This document shows positions 19,199 to 29,430 of a stretch of DNA of 64,000 bases, piece after piece (the first letter of the stretch is position 1; every line of letters starts with the position of its first letter). Source of the stretch: an uncultured Solirubrobacteraceae bacterium (GTDB taxonomy: Bacteria; Actinomycetota; Thermoleophilia; Solirubrobacterales; Solirubrobacteraceae). The DNA lies in assembly GCA_963764125.1 (NCBI GenBank), contig CAVXRR010000001.1, positions 271,773-335,772 on the forward strand. Direction: 5' to 3'. The notes under the pieces are model-generated. The model was not told the DNA's origin. It did not search any database and was given only the letters and a program-made list of their open reading frames with translations. Made by a program: the position numbers and the translations under genes.

Positions 19199-19780
19199 TT
19201 ACGCGGCCCGGACCGCGATGCCTGGATAGTCGAGCAGAAGGCCGGAGTCGTCGTAGGCCAGCACGCACCTGAAGTCAAACGCCGGCGCGGTATACGCAAA
19301 ACGCCGACCCGCACCTTGGTCCTCGAGGCGAACGTAGCGCTGCTCAAGACGTTCGACGCGGAGATCTTCTGCGCGGACATACGCGCCGGGCGCGTCAGCG
19401 CCCTGCCCGGAAGCCAGCCCGAGCCGGCGCACGGGAAACGCGTTGGTGAGCGCCGAGGACTCGAGGTCGACGTCCAGGCAGCCATCGAGGTGCGCGGCGG
19501 GCCGGCCGTCCAGCCACCAGCCTCCCCTCCCGTCGGTAGTCACCTCCAGCGCATGCTTCCCGGCGTCGGTACGGGCGCTGACACGTGCGCTTCGAGTCGC
19601 CCAGGACATCGGGTCGACGATGACTTGGTAACTGACGGTCCAGGCGCGCCCATCCTCAAGCGCAGACGTCGTTCCGCTGAAGCACAGGCCGCCGTTGTCC
19701 TCAGCGACGAAGGTGACCTCAAAGCCCTCACGCGCCCCGACGTGACGCCACGCAACCTGAGAAGGCAGGAGCCCGAGCAT
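19199..19780 (-). CDS. putative glycolipid-binding domain protein
   Basis: W.H...REGFEV...LDGCLDVDLESSALTNAFPVRRLGL...LEQRY...DYPGIA. Confidence 0.85.
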   Translation of the reverse strand: MLGLLPSQVAWRHVGAREGFEVTFVAEDNGGLCFSGTTSALEDGRAWTVSYQVIVDPMSWATRSARVSARTDAGKHALEVTTDGRGGWWLDGRPAAHLDGCLDVDLESSALTNAFPVRRLGLASGQGADAPGAYVRAEDLRVERLEQRYVRLEDQGAGRRFAYTAPAFDFRCVLAYDDSGLLLDYPGIAVRAA

Positions 19781-19925
19781 GGCTAACAGCCTATGCCTCG
19801 CCCAACCCGAACCGATGAGTTCCTCGCTGCGCGGCTGTCTATGTCTTGAGAACCGACGCACGCCTGGACGACATCGTCGCCAAGGCCGACCCGCCACCCG
19901 CCGACCCCGAGGACAGAAAGCCGTG

Positions 19926-20426
19926 ATGACGACACCCCGCACAGAGCTCGACACCCGCTTCAGCGAACCGGCAGCACAGCCCACCAGTTGGGAGGACACA
20001 CTTGAGGCGATCAAGCAGGCCGAGATCTTCTGGATCGCGACCGTCCGTACAGACGGCCGGCCGCACGTCACCCCGCTCGTCGCCGTCTGGCTCGACGACG
20101 CCCTGCACTTCTCCACCGGCTCGGACGAGCAGAAGGCGCGCAACCTCGAGAGCAATCCGCGCGTCGTGCTGACCACTGGCGCCAACGACTGGCAGAGCGG
20201 CCTCGACGTCGTCGTCGAGGGCGAGGCGGTCCGCGTCACCGATGCACAGCAACTCGAGCGGCTCGCCGCGGCCTGGGCGCAGAAGTGGGACGGGCGATGG
20301 CGATACGACGTCAGTCAGGATGGCTTCCGGGGCGACGCCGGGACGGCACTGGTGTTCGCGGTCCACCCAGCAAGAGTGCTTGCCTTCGCCAAGGGCGGCT
20401 TCAGCCACACCCGACATCGCTTCTGA
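19926..20426 (+). CDS. pyridoxamine 5'-phosphate oxidase-like (split beta-barrel flavin/F420-binding) protein
   Basis: WIATVRTDGRPHVTP...KARNL..NPRV...VVVEGEA. Confidence 0.88.
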   Translation: MTTPRTELDTRFSEPAAQPTSWEDTLEAIKQAEIFWIATVRTDGRPHVTPLVAVWLDDALHFSTGSDEQKARNLESNPRVVLTTGANDWQSGLDVVVEGEAVRVTDAQQLERLAAAWAQKWDGRWRYDVSQDGFRGDAGTALVFAVHPARVLAFAKGGFSHTRHRF

Positions 20427-20435
20427 GACGGCGGG

Positions 20436-20780
20436 TTAGCGCTCGACGATCGGGCGGATCTCGATGGTGGCCCCGAGTCGGGTCGCGGGGATGCGCGTGG
20501 CGAGGTCGATTGCTGTCTCGACGTCGGGGGCGTCGTAGAGGTAGTAGCCGTCGAGGGCGGCGGGTGCCGCTACGGGGATCTCGTTGCTGACGTGGGTTTG
20601 GCCGTCGTGGATTCGCACGGTGGTGGCGGTTCCGGCGGGTTGGAGCTGGTTGCCGTCGAGCACCCCTGGGACGTGCTGGAGCGCTTCGAATTCGGCGAAG
20701 ACGGCCTTTTGCTCGTCTGGCGGGAGCTTGCCGATCGTGAGGTCGGCGCCGTTGAAGCGGACCTGGAGCATGTATTTCAT
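20436..20780 (-). CDS. YciI/DGPF-domain protein
   Basis: MKYML...GNQLQP...ATTVR...GYYL.DAPD...A...IP...IEIRP. Confidence 0.88.
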   Translation of the reverse strand: MKYMLQVRFNGADLTIGKLPPDEQKAVFAEFEALQHVPGVLDGNQLQPAGTATTVRIHDGQTHVSNEIPVAAPAALDGYYLYDAPDVETAIDLATRIPATRLGATIEIRPIVER

Positions 20781-20808
20781 GTCTGTGCCTTGTCTTGGTT
20801 GGGGCGAA

Positions 20809-22299
20809 TCAGAGGGTCACCGGCTGGGGCGTGGCCTCGGCGGGAACGATGAGCGGTTGCGCGGCGGCTCTGGTGTTCGGGGTGCGGGTGGCGATGAGTG
20901 CGGCCGCGGCGACGAGGATGCTGCAGGCGAGCAGGGCGCGCTGGTAGCCGGAGGTGAGCGCGTCGGGCCGTGCCGCGTGGATCGCGGTGAGATGGTGGGT
21001 GCGGGCAGTGGCAACCGCGGACAGGACTGCCAGCCCGAGTGTCATGCCGACCTGTTGGGAGGCGCTCAGCAGCCCGGCGGCGAGTCCGGCCTGCTCGGCC
21101 GGAACTCCGGCGTTGGCGGCGGTGGTCACGCCGACGAACACGGCGCCGAAGCCGACCGCCATCATCACCAATCCGGGGAGCACGTCAGAGGCATACGACC
21201 CGTGCACCGGGATCTTGGAGAGGAGGTAGATCCCGGCCGCGCTCAGCAGCGCTCCGCCGACGATCACCGGCCTGGTCCCGATCCGCGCAAACAGCTGCGA
21301 CGCGACGACGGAGGCGATCGCGAGGCAGAACGTCACGGGGAGCAGCGCCGCGCCCGCCTGGATCGGGGAGAAGCCAAGGACCTCTTGCATGTAGAGGGTG
21401 AGGAAGAAGAACATCGCGAAGAACCCGGCCATTCCGATCAGCCATGTGGCGTCCGCTGCGGCAAGCCCTTTCACGCGGAAGATCGAGAGCGACATCAGCG
21501 GGTTACGGCTGCGCTGCTCGTTGAGCACAAACGCGGTGAGGATCACGCCCGCGCCTGCGAGCATCGTGATCGTGAGAGGGTCGCCCCAACCGATCACGGG
21601 TGCCCGGATCAGACCGTAGACCAGCAGCAGCATGCCGCCGGTGGCCAAGACCGCACCCTGGGTGTCGAACTCGGCGAGTCGTCCGCGCGCTCTCGCGCCG
21701 GGCAGCAGGCGCAGCGCGGCGCCGATCGCCAGGATGCACACCGGGATGTTGACGTAGAACACCCACCGCCATCCGGGGCCTTCGGTCAAGACCCCGCCGA
21801 GGAACACGCCGGCGGCGGCCGCGAGACCGCTGATCGCACCCCAGGCACCGAGTGCGGTATTGCGGTCGGCCCCCTCCCGGAACGTCGTCGTCAGGATCGA
21901 CAGCGCCGCGGGCGCCATCATCGCCGCCCCGACGCCCTGGAGCAGTCGAGCGCCGACGAGCGTGGTCTCGTTGTGCGACAGGCCCGCCGCGAGTGAGCAC
22001 GCGCCGAACACGACCAGGCCGGTGAGGAGGATTCGCCGTCGCCCCAGCAGGTCAGCCAGTCTGCCGCCGAGGAGCAGCAGACCCCCGTAGGTCAGCAGAT
22101 AGCCGCTGGCGATCCACTGCAGGTTCTGCTGAGAGAAGTGAAGCGCACGTTGGATCGAAGGGAACGCGACGTTGGTGATCGATGCATCGACGACGTCGAG
22201 GAACTGGACTCCGCAGAGCAGCAACAGCGTCAGAGCCCCCAGGCGCGTGCGCAGAAACGACGGACGGTCAGAACCTGCCTGAGCTGAATCTGGTCCCAC
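20809..22299 (-). CDS. DHA2-family MFS transporter
   Basis: FLDVVDASITNVA, GGRLADLLGRRR, WRWVFYVNIP; close paralogue of 15072..16564. Confidence 0.92.
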   Translation of the reverse strand: MGPDSAQAGSDRPSFLRTRLGALTLLLLCGVQFLDVVDASITNVAFPSIQRALHFSQQNLQWIASGYLLTYGGLLLLGGRLADLLGRRRILLTGLVVFGACSLAAGLSHNETTLVGARLLQGVGAAMMAPAALSILTTTFREGADRNTALGAWGAISGLAAAAGVFLGGVLTEGPGWRWVFYVNIPVCILAIGAALRLLPGARARGRLAEFDTQGAVLATGGMLLLVYGLIRAPVIGWGDPLTITMLAGAGVILTAFVLNEQRSRNPLMSLSIFRVKGLAAADATWLIGMAGFFAMFFFLTLYMQEVLGFSPIQAGAALLPVTFCLAIASVVASQLFARIGTRPVIVGGALLSAAGIYLLSKIPVHGSYASDVLPGLVMMAVGFGAVFVGVTTAANAGVPAEQAGLAAGLLSASQQVGMTLGLAVLSAVATARTHHLTAIHAARPDALTSGYQRALLACSILVAAAALIATRTPNTRAAAQPLIVPAEATPQPVTL

Positions 22300-22363
22300 C
22301 TGGACGTCCCCTCAGTTAGTTGGCTGACTTAACGTACCACACGCGCGGTATCCTTTGGGTGAG

Positions 22364-22939
22364 ATGACTGACTCAGCAATCCACCCGAAGCCGGGAAAGC
22401 GGGAGCGCCTGGTCACGAGCGCGCGCGAGGTGATCCACCGCCAAGGCGTGGAAAGGACCACGATCGCCGACATCGCGCAGGCAGCCGACGTCCCCGTCGG
22501 CAACGTGTACTACTACTTCAAGACCAAGGACGAGATCGTCCACGCAGCGATCGACGGCCACGGCCACGACGTGCGATCCATGCTCGCTTCGCTCGAGCGC
22601 CACCGCACTCCGCAGACCAGGCTCAAGGCGCTCGTTGGCGCGCTGACCGACCAGCGCGAGCTGGCCGCCCAGTACGGGTGTCCGCTCGGGACCCTGTGCT
22701 CGGAACTGGACAAACGCATTGACGGCCTTGACCGCGCCTGCGCGCAGCTCCTGGAGCTCCCGATTGAGTGGGCCGAGGAGCAGTTCCGGCTCATTGGTCG
22801 GCGTGACGCCCGCGACCTCGCGGTCGCCCTGATCGCCTCCTACCAGGGAGTCGCACTCCTCACCAACACGTTCCGCGACCCCCAGCTGATGACGCGAGAG
22901 GCACGTCGCCTGGAACGCTGGATCGACTCACTGGCCTGA
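22364..22939 (+). CDS. TetR-family transcriptional regulator
   Basis: TTIADIAQAADVPVGNVYYYFKTKD HTH and GCP motif; divergent from the MFS gene. Confidence 0.93.
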   Translation: MTDSAIHPKPGKRERLVTSAREVIHRQGVERTTIADIAQAADVPVGNVYYYFKTKDEIVHAAIDGHGHDVRSMLASLERHRTPQTRLKALVGALTDQRELAAQYGCPLGTLCSELDKRIDGLDRACAQLLELPIEWAEEQFRLIGRRDARDLAVALIASYQGVALLTNTFRDPQLMTREARRLERWIDSLA

Positions 22940-23277
22940 TCCCCTCCAGGCGCATGTGGAGCCAGGCGGCGGTGCTCCGGGCGCCGATCTGCCCCGGCGC
23001 CCGGACCCGGGCGCCGGGGCCCGCGGCCAGCGACCCCCAGGCGGCGCGGGCCCCGGCTCTCGTGCGTGCCGATGGGGACGCATCAGCACGGCGGCACGCG
23101 TCCGTGCGCAATGAGAGTTAGTGCGCGAAGCTAGGCATTTGGTAAGACCGTGCCTGGTTCCGCGCTCTCGAGTGGCGGCCGGCCTGGCCGTTGGACTGGG
23201 ATTGGGAGATCGTTAGCGCTTGCAGCGGTTACGAGTCGTTCACGAGTCGCTCATCGTCTGCTGGCAAGCTCGGACCG

Positions 23278-24354
23278 ATGCGCAAGATGCTTCTCGCTGC
23301 GCTGGTAGGGGTGGCCGGCCTGGCCATCACGCCGGCGCTGGCAAAACCGACCGGCACCCTCACCGCACGGGTGTGGGCGAGCGGGAAGACGCTGACCCAC
23401 ACGACCCCGGCCGGCAAGGTCGCGTTGAGCGGGCCCGACGACCTCACCCACCTCGGCGGCGACGTGTTCGTCGCCTTCCAGAACGGGGTCGGCTCCAAGG
23501 GGGAGGCCAGCCCGACTGGAAACAGAGCATCGACGATCGTCGAGTTCAGCACGTCCCGCAAGGTCATCAAGCAATGGGACGTCACCGGCAAGGTCGACGG
23601 GATGGGCGCCGTGCCCGCCATGAACGCCGTCTTTGCGAGCGTCAACGAGGATGGCAATTCGAGCCTCTACGAGCTGCGCGCCGGCACGGTGACCCACGAC
23701 CGCTACTCGCCCGCGAAGCTGCCGTCCGGCGGCGGCACCGACGCGATCACCGCACTCGGCAAGCTGGTTCTGATCAGCGCCTCGGCGCCGTCCACCACGC
23801 ACGGCCCGGCTGTTTACAACCTGGCGTCGCGTCGCAGCGGTCACGTCGCGAAGTTGACACCGCTGTTCGCCGACGATGCCAACGCCACGATCCTGAACGC
23901 GGGCAAGCTGAACGGCAAGAAGCGTCGTCTTGCCCTCACCGACCCTGACTCCAGCGCGCTCGTGCCCGCGTCGGTCTCCGGCGTCGGCGGCGACTTCGTG
24001 CTCAACAGCCAGGGCGACCAGCAGCTGATCTTCGTGTCACATCCGGGCACGAAAGCGCAGTCGCTGTCGGTCCTGAACCTGAGCCACTCGGTCGACGATC
24101 TCGTCTGGGCGACCAGCGCCAGGGGCACGATCCTCACGACCGATGCCAGCGCAAACGCGATCGTCGCGATCACAGGCAGGTTCAGTCCCGGCACCACCTA
24201 CACGGCCACGACCCCGTGCAACGCCAACTCGGCGTCGGCGACGTGCACCGCGCCCAACTATTTCGGGACGATCAACTCCGAGAGCGGCGCGGTCACGGCC
24301 AAGGCGGTCGGCGGGATCGCGTTCCAGCCCAAGGGCATGGTGTACCTGCCGTAG
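23278..24354 (+). CDS. secreted hypothetical protein (possible beta-propeller)
   Basis: Signal peptide MRKMLLAALVGVAGLAITPALA; Ser/Thr/Gly-rich beta-strand pattern. Confidence 0.75.
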   Translation: MRKMLLAALVGVAGLAITPALAKPTGTLTARVWASGKTLTHTTPAGKVALSGPDDLTHLGGDVFVAFQNGVGSKGEASPTGNRASTIVEFSTSRKVIKQWDVTGKVDGMGAVPAMNAVFASVNEDGNSSLYELRAGTVTHDRYSPAKLPSGGGTDAITALGKLVLISASAPSTTHGPAVYNLASRRSGHVAKLTPLFADDANATILNAGKLNGKKRRLALTDPDSSALVPASVSGVGGDFVLNSQGDQQLIFVSHPGTKAQSLSVLNLSHSVDDLVWATSARGTILTTDASANAIVAITGRFSPGTTYTATTPCNANSASATCTAPNYFGTINSESGAVTAKAVGGIAFQPKGMVYLP

Positions 24355-24385
24355 ACGGCTTCGGGGATCGGCCGGACGCCTCCCC

Positions 24386-25593
24386 TTAGTCGTCAGACCG
24401 TGCTGGGTCCTTTTCCTGGTGCCAGCGGCGGGGCAGGCGAACGGTGATGTCGAGGCCGCCGGTGGCGGCGGCCGTGGCGTCCACGGTTCCGCCGTGGACG
24501 GTGGCGATCGACGACACCAGAGCGAGGCCGAGACCGAAGCCATCGTGGTGGGTGCGGTCGTCGAGGCGTGTGAAGGGCAGGAACAGCCGGTCCACCTGGT
24601 CGGGTGGTACGACCGGGCCGGTGTTGATGACGCGCACCATCGACGCGGTGTCGTCGGAGGCGGTCGAGACCGCGATGCGGCCGTCGGCGATGTTGTAGCG
24701 CTCGGCGTTGTCCAGCAGATTGGCGACGAGCCGTTCGAGCAGCACCCCGTCGCCGGTGACGGGGGCTTCGTCGAGCGTTGTCGTCATGGTCGCGCCGTTG
24801 GCCGCACGTCCCTCGAGTGCGTCTTCGGCGACGGCGGCGAGATCCAGCGGGTCGGCGAGGACGCGCGCCTGGTCGTTGCGTGCGAGGACGAGCAGGACCT
24901 CGATGAGCTGCTCGGCGTGATCGACGGCCTGGCGGATGTCGGCGGCCATCGACACCAGCTCGTCGCGCGTGGGGTCTGGCTTGGCGAGGACGACGTCCAT
25001 CGAGGTGCGCATGACGGTCAGCGGCGTGCGAAGCTCATGACTGGCGTTGGCGATGAAGTGCCGCTGGCTGGTGAACGCGCGGTCGAGCCGGTCAAGCATC
25101 GTGTCGAACGTGTCGGCGAGCTCGCGCAGGTCGTCGCGCGGGCCCTGCAGCGCGATCGCTGAGACAGGTCCTGCTCACTTGCCGCGCGGGCGGCCGCGGT
25201 GAGCCGGTGCACCGGCCGCAGGATGCGTCCGGCGACGATCCAGCCCGCGGCGGCGGCGAGCAACGTCACGCCGGCCAGCCCGAGCAGCGAGTAGGCCAAG
25301 AGGTGGGTCAGCGTCGTGCTGCGCTGCGCAGACGCGCCGGCCTGGACGCCGTTGGCGTAGACCGCGGCGCACTTGATCACGACGCGGGGGGCCAAGGCGC
25401 CGGCGGTCTGCGCCGCTTTGGCGCACCCCGCGATCGCCTGCTGGCTCGCGCCCGGGATCCCCTTGGTCGTCGGGCCGTGCAGGCTATGCACGACCAGGAG
25501 GTAGGTGACCGATACCAGCGCGGCCCCACCGAGCGCGAACAGCGAGGCGTAGAGCAGCGTGAGCCGCGACCGGGCGCTGAGATTCCTTCTCAC
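24386..25593 (-). CDS. sensor histidine kinase (HAMP-HisKA-HATPase); frameshift near 25155
   Basis: ANASHELRTP, NLLDNA and GFGLGL; the N-terminal TMs are in the 25018..25767 frame. GTGA overlap with the regulator stop. Confidence 0.88.
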
Positions 25594-26240
25594 AACCGGT
25601 AGCCGACGCCGACGACGGTCTCGATCAGCGGCGGGGCGCCGAGTTTGCGCCGCAACCGACCGACCGTCACCGCGACGGTGTTGCTGAACGGGTCGGCGTG
25701 CGCGTCCCACACATGTTCGAGCAGCTCCTCGGCGCTGACCGTAGCGCCGTCGGCGCCGGCCAGGCACTCCAGCACGCCGAACTCCTTGCGCGTCAGGGTC
25801 AGCACGACACCGGCGCGGCTGGCCCGGTGCCGCGCGCGATCGACCACCAGGTCGCCCCGCTGCACGACCGCGGGCGAACCAGGTCCGCGCCGCCCCAGGG
25901 CCCGAATGCGCGCGATCAACTCGTGGAAGGCGAACGGCTTGCCGAGGTAGTCATCCGCGCCCAGCTCCAGCCCGTGCACCCGGTCGTCGACGTCCGTCGC
26001 GGCGGTGAGCATCAGGATGCGGCTGGGCGAGCCACCGCCGACAAGCCGGTCACAGACGCGGTCGCCGTGCACCGTCGGCAGGTCGCGATCGAGCACGACC
26101 ACGTCATAGCCGGTCGTCGCGGTGCTCTGCAGGGCCGCCGCCCCGTCGTGGACCACGTCGACCGCGAACCCGGCGTCGCGCAGGCCCTCGCCGATCCGGT
26201 TGGCCAGCACGACGTGATCCTCCACGACCAAGATCCGCAC
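25590..26240 (-). CDS. OmpR-family response regulator (CutR/VanR-like)
   Basis: RILVVED, VLDRDLP, GADDYLGKPF and IETVVGVGYRL. Confidence 0.93.
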   Translation of the reverse strand: MRILVVEDHVVLANRIGEGLRDAGFAVDVVHDGAAALQSTATTGYDVVVLDRDLPTVHGDRVCDRLVGGGSPSRILMLTAATDVDDRVHGLELGADDYLGKPFAFHELIARIRALGRRGPGSPAVVQRGDLVVDRARHRASRAGVVLTLTRKEFGVLECLAGADGATVSAEELLEHVWDAHADPFSNTVAVTVGRLRRKLGAPPLIETVVGVGYRL

Positions 26241-26325
26241 CTGCACATTCTGTCCCAGCGCAGATGACATCCGCCTAACAACGTTCTGCCCGTGTCATGG
26301 GCCAGGCACTACACCGGACAGCACG

Positions 26326-26887
26326 ATGAGTGACCCCATCTCGATCCTTCGCCGGCCATCCCGGGTAGGGACGCTCAGCAGCGCGAACGGCAGCCACGAT
26401 CGCCGCCGCCGCACTGATCACCGCCTGCGGCTCCAGTGCGTCCAAGCTCGACGGCCAGGCCAACCCGAACCAGGCCCCAGCCCAACAGGCCCTGGTCAAC
26501 TTCGCGCGCTGCATGCGCTCCCACGGGGTATCGCACTTCCCCGACGACCTCCATTTCCAGAACGTCCCCGGGATCGACCCGTCCTCACCCGCGTTCAAGA
26601 CCGCTCAGACGGCCTGCCAGCATCTGCTGCCGGTCAAAACCGTTCCGCCGGCCGCGCCGTCCGCGCGGACATACGCCAAGCTGATCCGGCTGTCGAATTG
26701 CCTGCGCGCACACGGGTACCCGAGCATCCCGGACCCCAGACCCAACCCGCCTCCATCACATTCGAGCCGCTACGGCACGCTCTACGGGGAGGGCGATTAC
26801 TGGATCGGGATCCCGTTGGCCATCGACGCACACGGGGCCGCTTTCGTGCGGACGGCACGAGCGTGCCACGCCACCGGCGTCGGTTGA
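26326..26887 (+). CDS. putative lipoprotein; frameshift near 26385
   Basis: Lipobox LITAC in the 26513..26887 frame; two internal C[ML]R.HG...PD repeats; divergent from the two-component system. Confidence 0.65.
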
Positions 26888-26986
26888 TCGCCGCGGCCCA
26901 CGCCGGATCCCGTGGTGAGGGGTAGGATGGCGGGTGTTGTGGTGGCTGGTGGTGCGGTTTGTCGGGGCGCGGGGTGGAGGGTGCTG

Positions 26987-28417
26987 ATGAGCGAGACTGA
27001 CGTGACGATGTCGGGGGGCGTGAGGGGGGAGGGGCCTTCGAGGGCCCCGTGGCGTGCGTGGGGCCCAGCAGCGTGGGTGCTGGCCGGAGCGCTGCCGCTC
27101 ATCGGCTTGGTCTCGTTGCTGCTGCGCTCGCAGCTTGATCCGCACTGGGAGAACCCCAAGCTTCACTTCGTCGTGTTCGCTGCGGTCGGATCGCTCGCGT
27201 TTGCGTTGGCCTTCTTCGCCGGGGAGGCCGCGACACGTCGGGGCGACGCCCGGGTGTTACTGATCTCGCTGGCCTTCTTGGCGACGGGAGGCTTTCTCGG
27301 CCTGCACGCGATCGGGACGCCCGGTGTCCTGTTCACAGGCGAGTTGTCGGGGTTCAAGGTGGCGATTCCGGTCGGCTTGCTGCTGGCCGCGATCTTTGGG
27401 TTTGGATCGGCCTTCGTGGACTGGGATCCGAGCTTCGCGGCAGTCGTCATGCGCAGACGGTCTGTTCTGCGCCGCACGGTAGTGGGAGCGATGCTGCTGT
27501 GGTTCGTGTGGACGGTGGCCAAGTTGCCGCCGCTGAATCATCCGGCCAGCGAAGGGGCCACCGGGAGCCTGCTCAGCGTGACGGCGGTGCTCGGAGTCCT
27601 CCTCTACGGTGCGGCGGCCGCGCGGTTCTGGAGCGTCTACCGGTCTGACCTGACCCTGCTTCCGGCGAGCGTGATCGCCTGCTTCGTGCTGCTGGCAGAG
27701 GCGATGATCGGGGTCGCCACCACCGGCGAGCGCAGCTGGCACGCCAGCTGGTGGGAATGGCACGCCCTGATCGTCGTGGCGTACGTGATCATCGGGTTTG
27801 CCGCTCACCACGAGTGGCGCGAGGATCGCTTCCGCCACCTGTATCTGCCGACGACCCGCCACCGCAGCCAGGACGTCAGCGTGTTGTTCAGCGATCTCGC
27901 CGGGTTCACCAGCTTCTCGGAGCGCTCGTCGGGGGATGAGGTCGCTGCGCTGCTGAGCACCTACTACGAAACCGCGGCGCCGCTGATCTCGCGCCGGTTC
28001 AGCGGTGACATCGAGAAGTTCATGGGCGACGGCATGATGGCGACGTTCAACAGTCGCGGTGATCAGCCCGACCACGCCGTCCGCGCTGCCCGCGCTGCGC
28101 TCGCGCTCCAGGCGGAAATCGGACAGCTGGCCGAGCAGCACCCCGGATGGCCGCGCCTGCGCGTGGGGGTCAACAGCGGCACCGCGGTGCTACGCGAGCT
28201 CGGCGGACACGGTCACGTCGCCTATTCGCTGATCGGGGACACCATCAACGCCGGCGCACGGCTGGAGGGCAAGGCGCCGGTGGGAGCCGTCCTCATCGGC
28301 GCGGAGACCTACCGGCAGCTGCCGGAGGGAGCCGTGGTGGAGGCGATGGGCCAGGTCATCGTCAAGGGCAGGAGTGCGGCTCTGGAGGCGTACATCCTGC
28401 ACACGCTCCCCAACTGA
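26987..28417 (+). CDS. membrane-bound class III adenylate/guanylate cyclase
   Basis: Multiple TMs, then SDLAGFT, KFMGDG and IGDTINAGARLE catalytic motifs. Confidence 0.9.
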   Translation: MSETDVTMSGGVRGEGPSRAPWRAWGPAAWVLAGALPLIGLVSLLLRSQLDPHWENPKLHFVVFAAVGSLAFALAFFAGEAATRRGDARVLLISLAFLATGGFLGLHAIGTPGVLFTGELSGFKVAIPVGLLLAAIFGFGSAFVDWDPSFAAVVMRRRSVLRRTVVGAMLLWFVWTVAKLPPLNHPASEGATGSLLSVTAVLGVLLYGAAAARFWSVYRSDLTLLPASVIACFVLLAEAMIGVATTGERSWHASWWEWHALIVVAYVIIGFAAHHEWREDRFRHLYLPTTRHRSQDVSVLFSDLAGFTSFSERSSGDEVAALLSTYYETAAPLISRRFSGDIEKFMGDGMMATFNSRGDQPDHAVRAARAALALQAEIGQLAEQHPGWPRLRVGVNSGTAVLRELGGHGHVAYSLIGDTINAGARLEGKAPVGAVLIGAETYRQLPEGAVVEAMGQVIVKGRSAALEAYILHTLPN

Positions 28418-28532
28418 CGCGCGGATCGCCCCGGCGCTGGAGACCGCGTCGATTGACGCCGATGCGGCAGGATGCTTGAATCCCCGCGCTGTCCGGGGTC
28501 GGGCCCAACGGTCGAAAGAGGGGTGGGGTTGC

Positions 28533-29430
28533 ATGGGCGTGGAGGAAGCGGGTCGGATCGCGCGAGCGGCTGAGCGGATGCGGCGGAGCTCCCGGGTGCC
28601 GTTGAAGCTACTGCTGCCGACGGCGGCGGCGCTGGGCGCGGGGGCGGCGGTGGCCGTGGGGTCGATCCCGGGGTCGGGCGGGACGATCACGGGCTGCTAT
28701 GTCAACGGACGGTTCCACAACCTCGACGATTCCCGTACGGGGCGCTGAGGGTCATCGATCCGACGGCGCCAGGACATCGGGAGCCGACTGGCCGATCAAC
28801 AGGTGCGCCGTGAACGAGAAGCGACCATCACCTGGAACCAACAGGGCCCGACCGGACCGACGGGACCGACCGGACCGACCGGACCGGCGGGCGGCACCGG
28901 CGCGTCGGGATCGATCATCGGCGAGACGACGTTCGACGTGGAGAGCGGCGGTGGCAGCCGCGTCCTGCTCAAGCTCGATGGCGTCAGCGGGTCGGTCAGC
29001 GCCAAGGCGCCGGCAGGCGACATCGCACTGGACAAGTTCGCCTTCGGCGCCGAGGGGACGGTGGCGAATACCGGCTCCGGCACCGGCGATGGGCGCGGGC
29101 AAGCTGAGCGTGCAGACGTTCGAGTTCGTCAAGCCGATCGACAAGGCCAGCGATACGCTGTTCCGTGACGAGGTCAACGGCACGGTGATCTCCAAGGCCA
29201 ACATCGGCGTGTTCCACACGGGCAACAAGGGCGCGCTGACCGAGGTGGCCAGCTACAACCTGTCGCACCTGGTGATCAAGAACATCACCCACAAGGGCTC
29301 CACCGAGACCGTTCTCGGGGTGTTTCAGTCGGTCTCGAGCACCCTGGGCTCGGGCCAGAACAAGGTCTCCACCGGGTGGAACCAGGTCAGCAACAGCGGC
29401 TGGAACCTGACGCAGAACAAGGCGCCCTGA
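28533..29430 (+). CDS. signal peptide + collagen-like repeat + Hcp (T6SS tube-like) fusion; several frameshifts (about 28700-28820 and near 29090)
   Basis: Segments in successive frames: LKLLLPTAAALGAGAAVAVG-SIP..TITGCY / PYGALRVIDP / C..NE / ATITWNQQ(GPT)3GPAG / LKLDGVSG...FAFG...G-AGKLSVQTFEFVKPIDKAS..LF...G...GWNLTQNK. The last segment is the Hcp signature. Confidence 0.75.

Noticed and set aside
28533-29430. A type VI secretion system
   Set aside because: Only an Hcp-like domain is present, it has a signal peptide, and no sheath, baseplate, VgrG or membrane-complex genes occur in the window.
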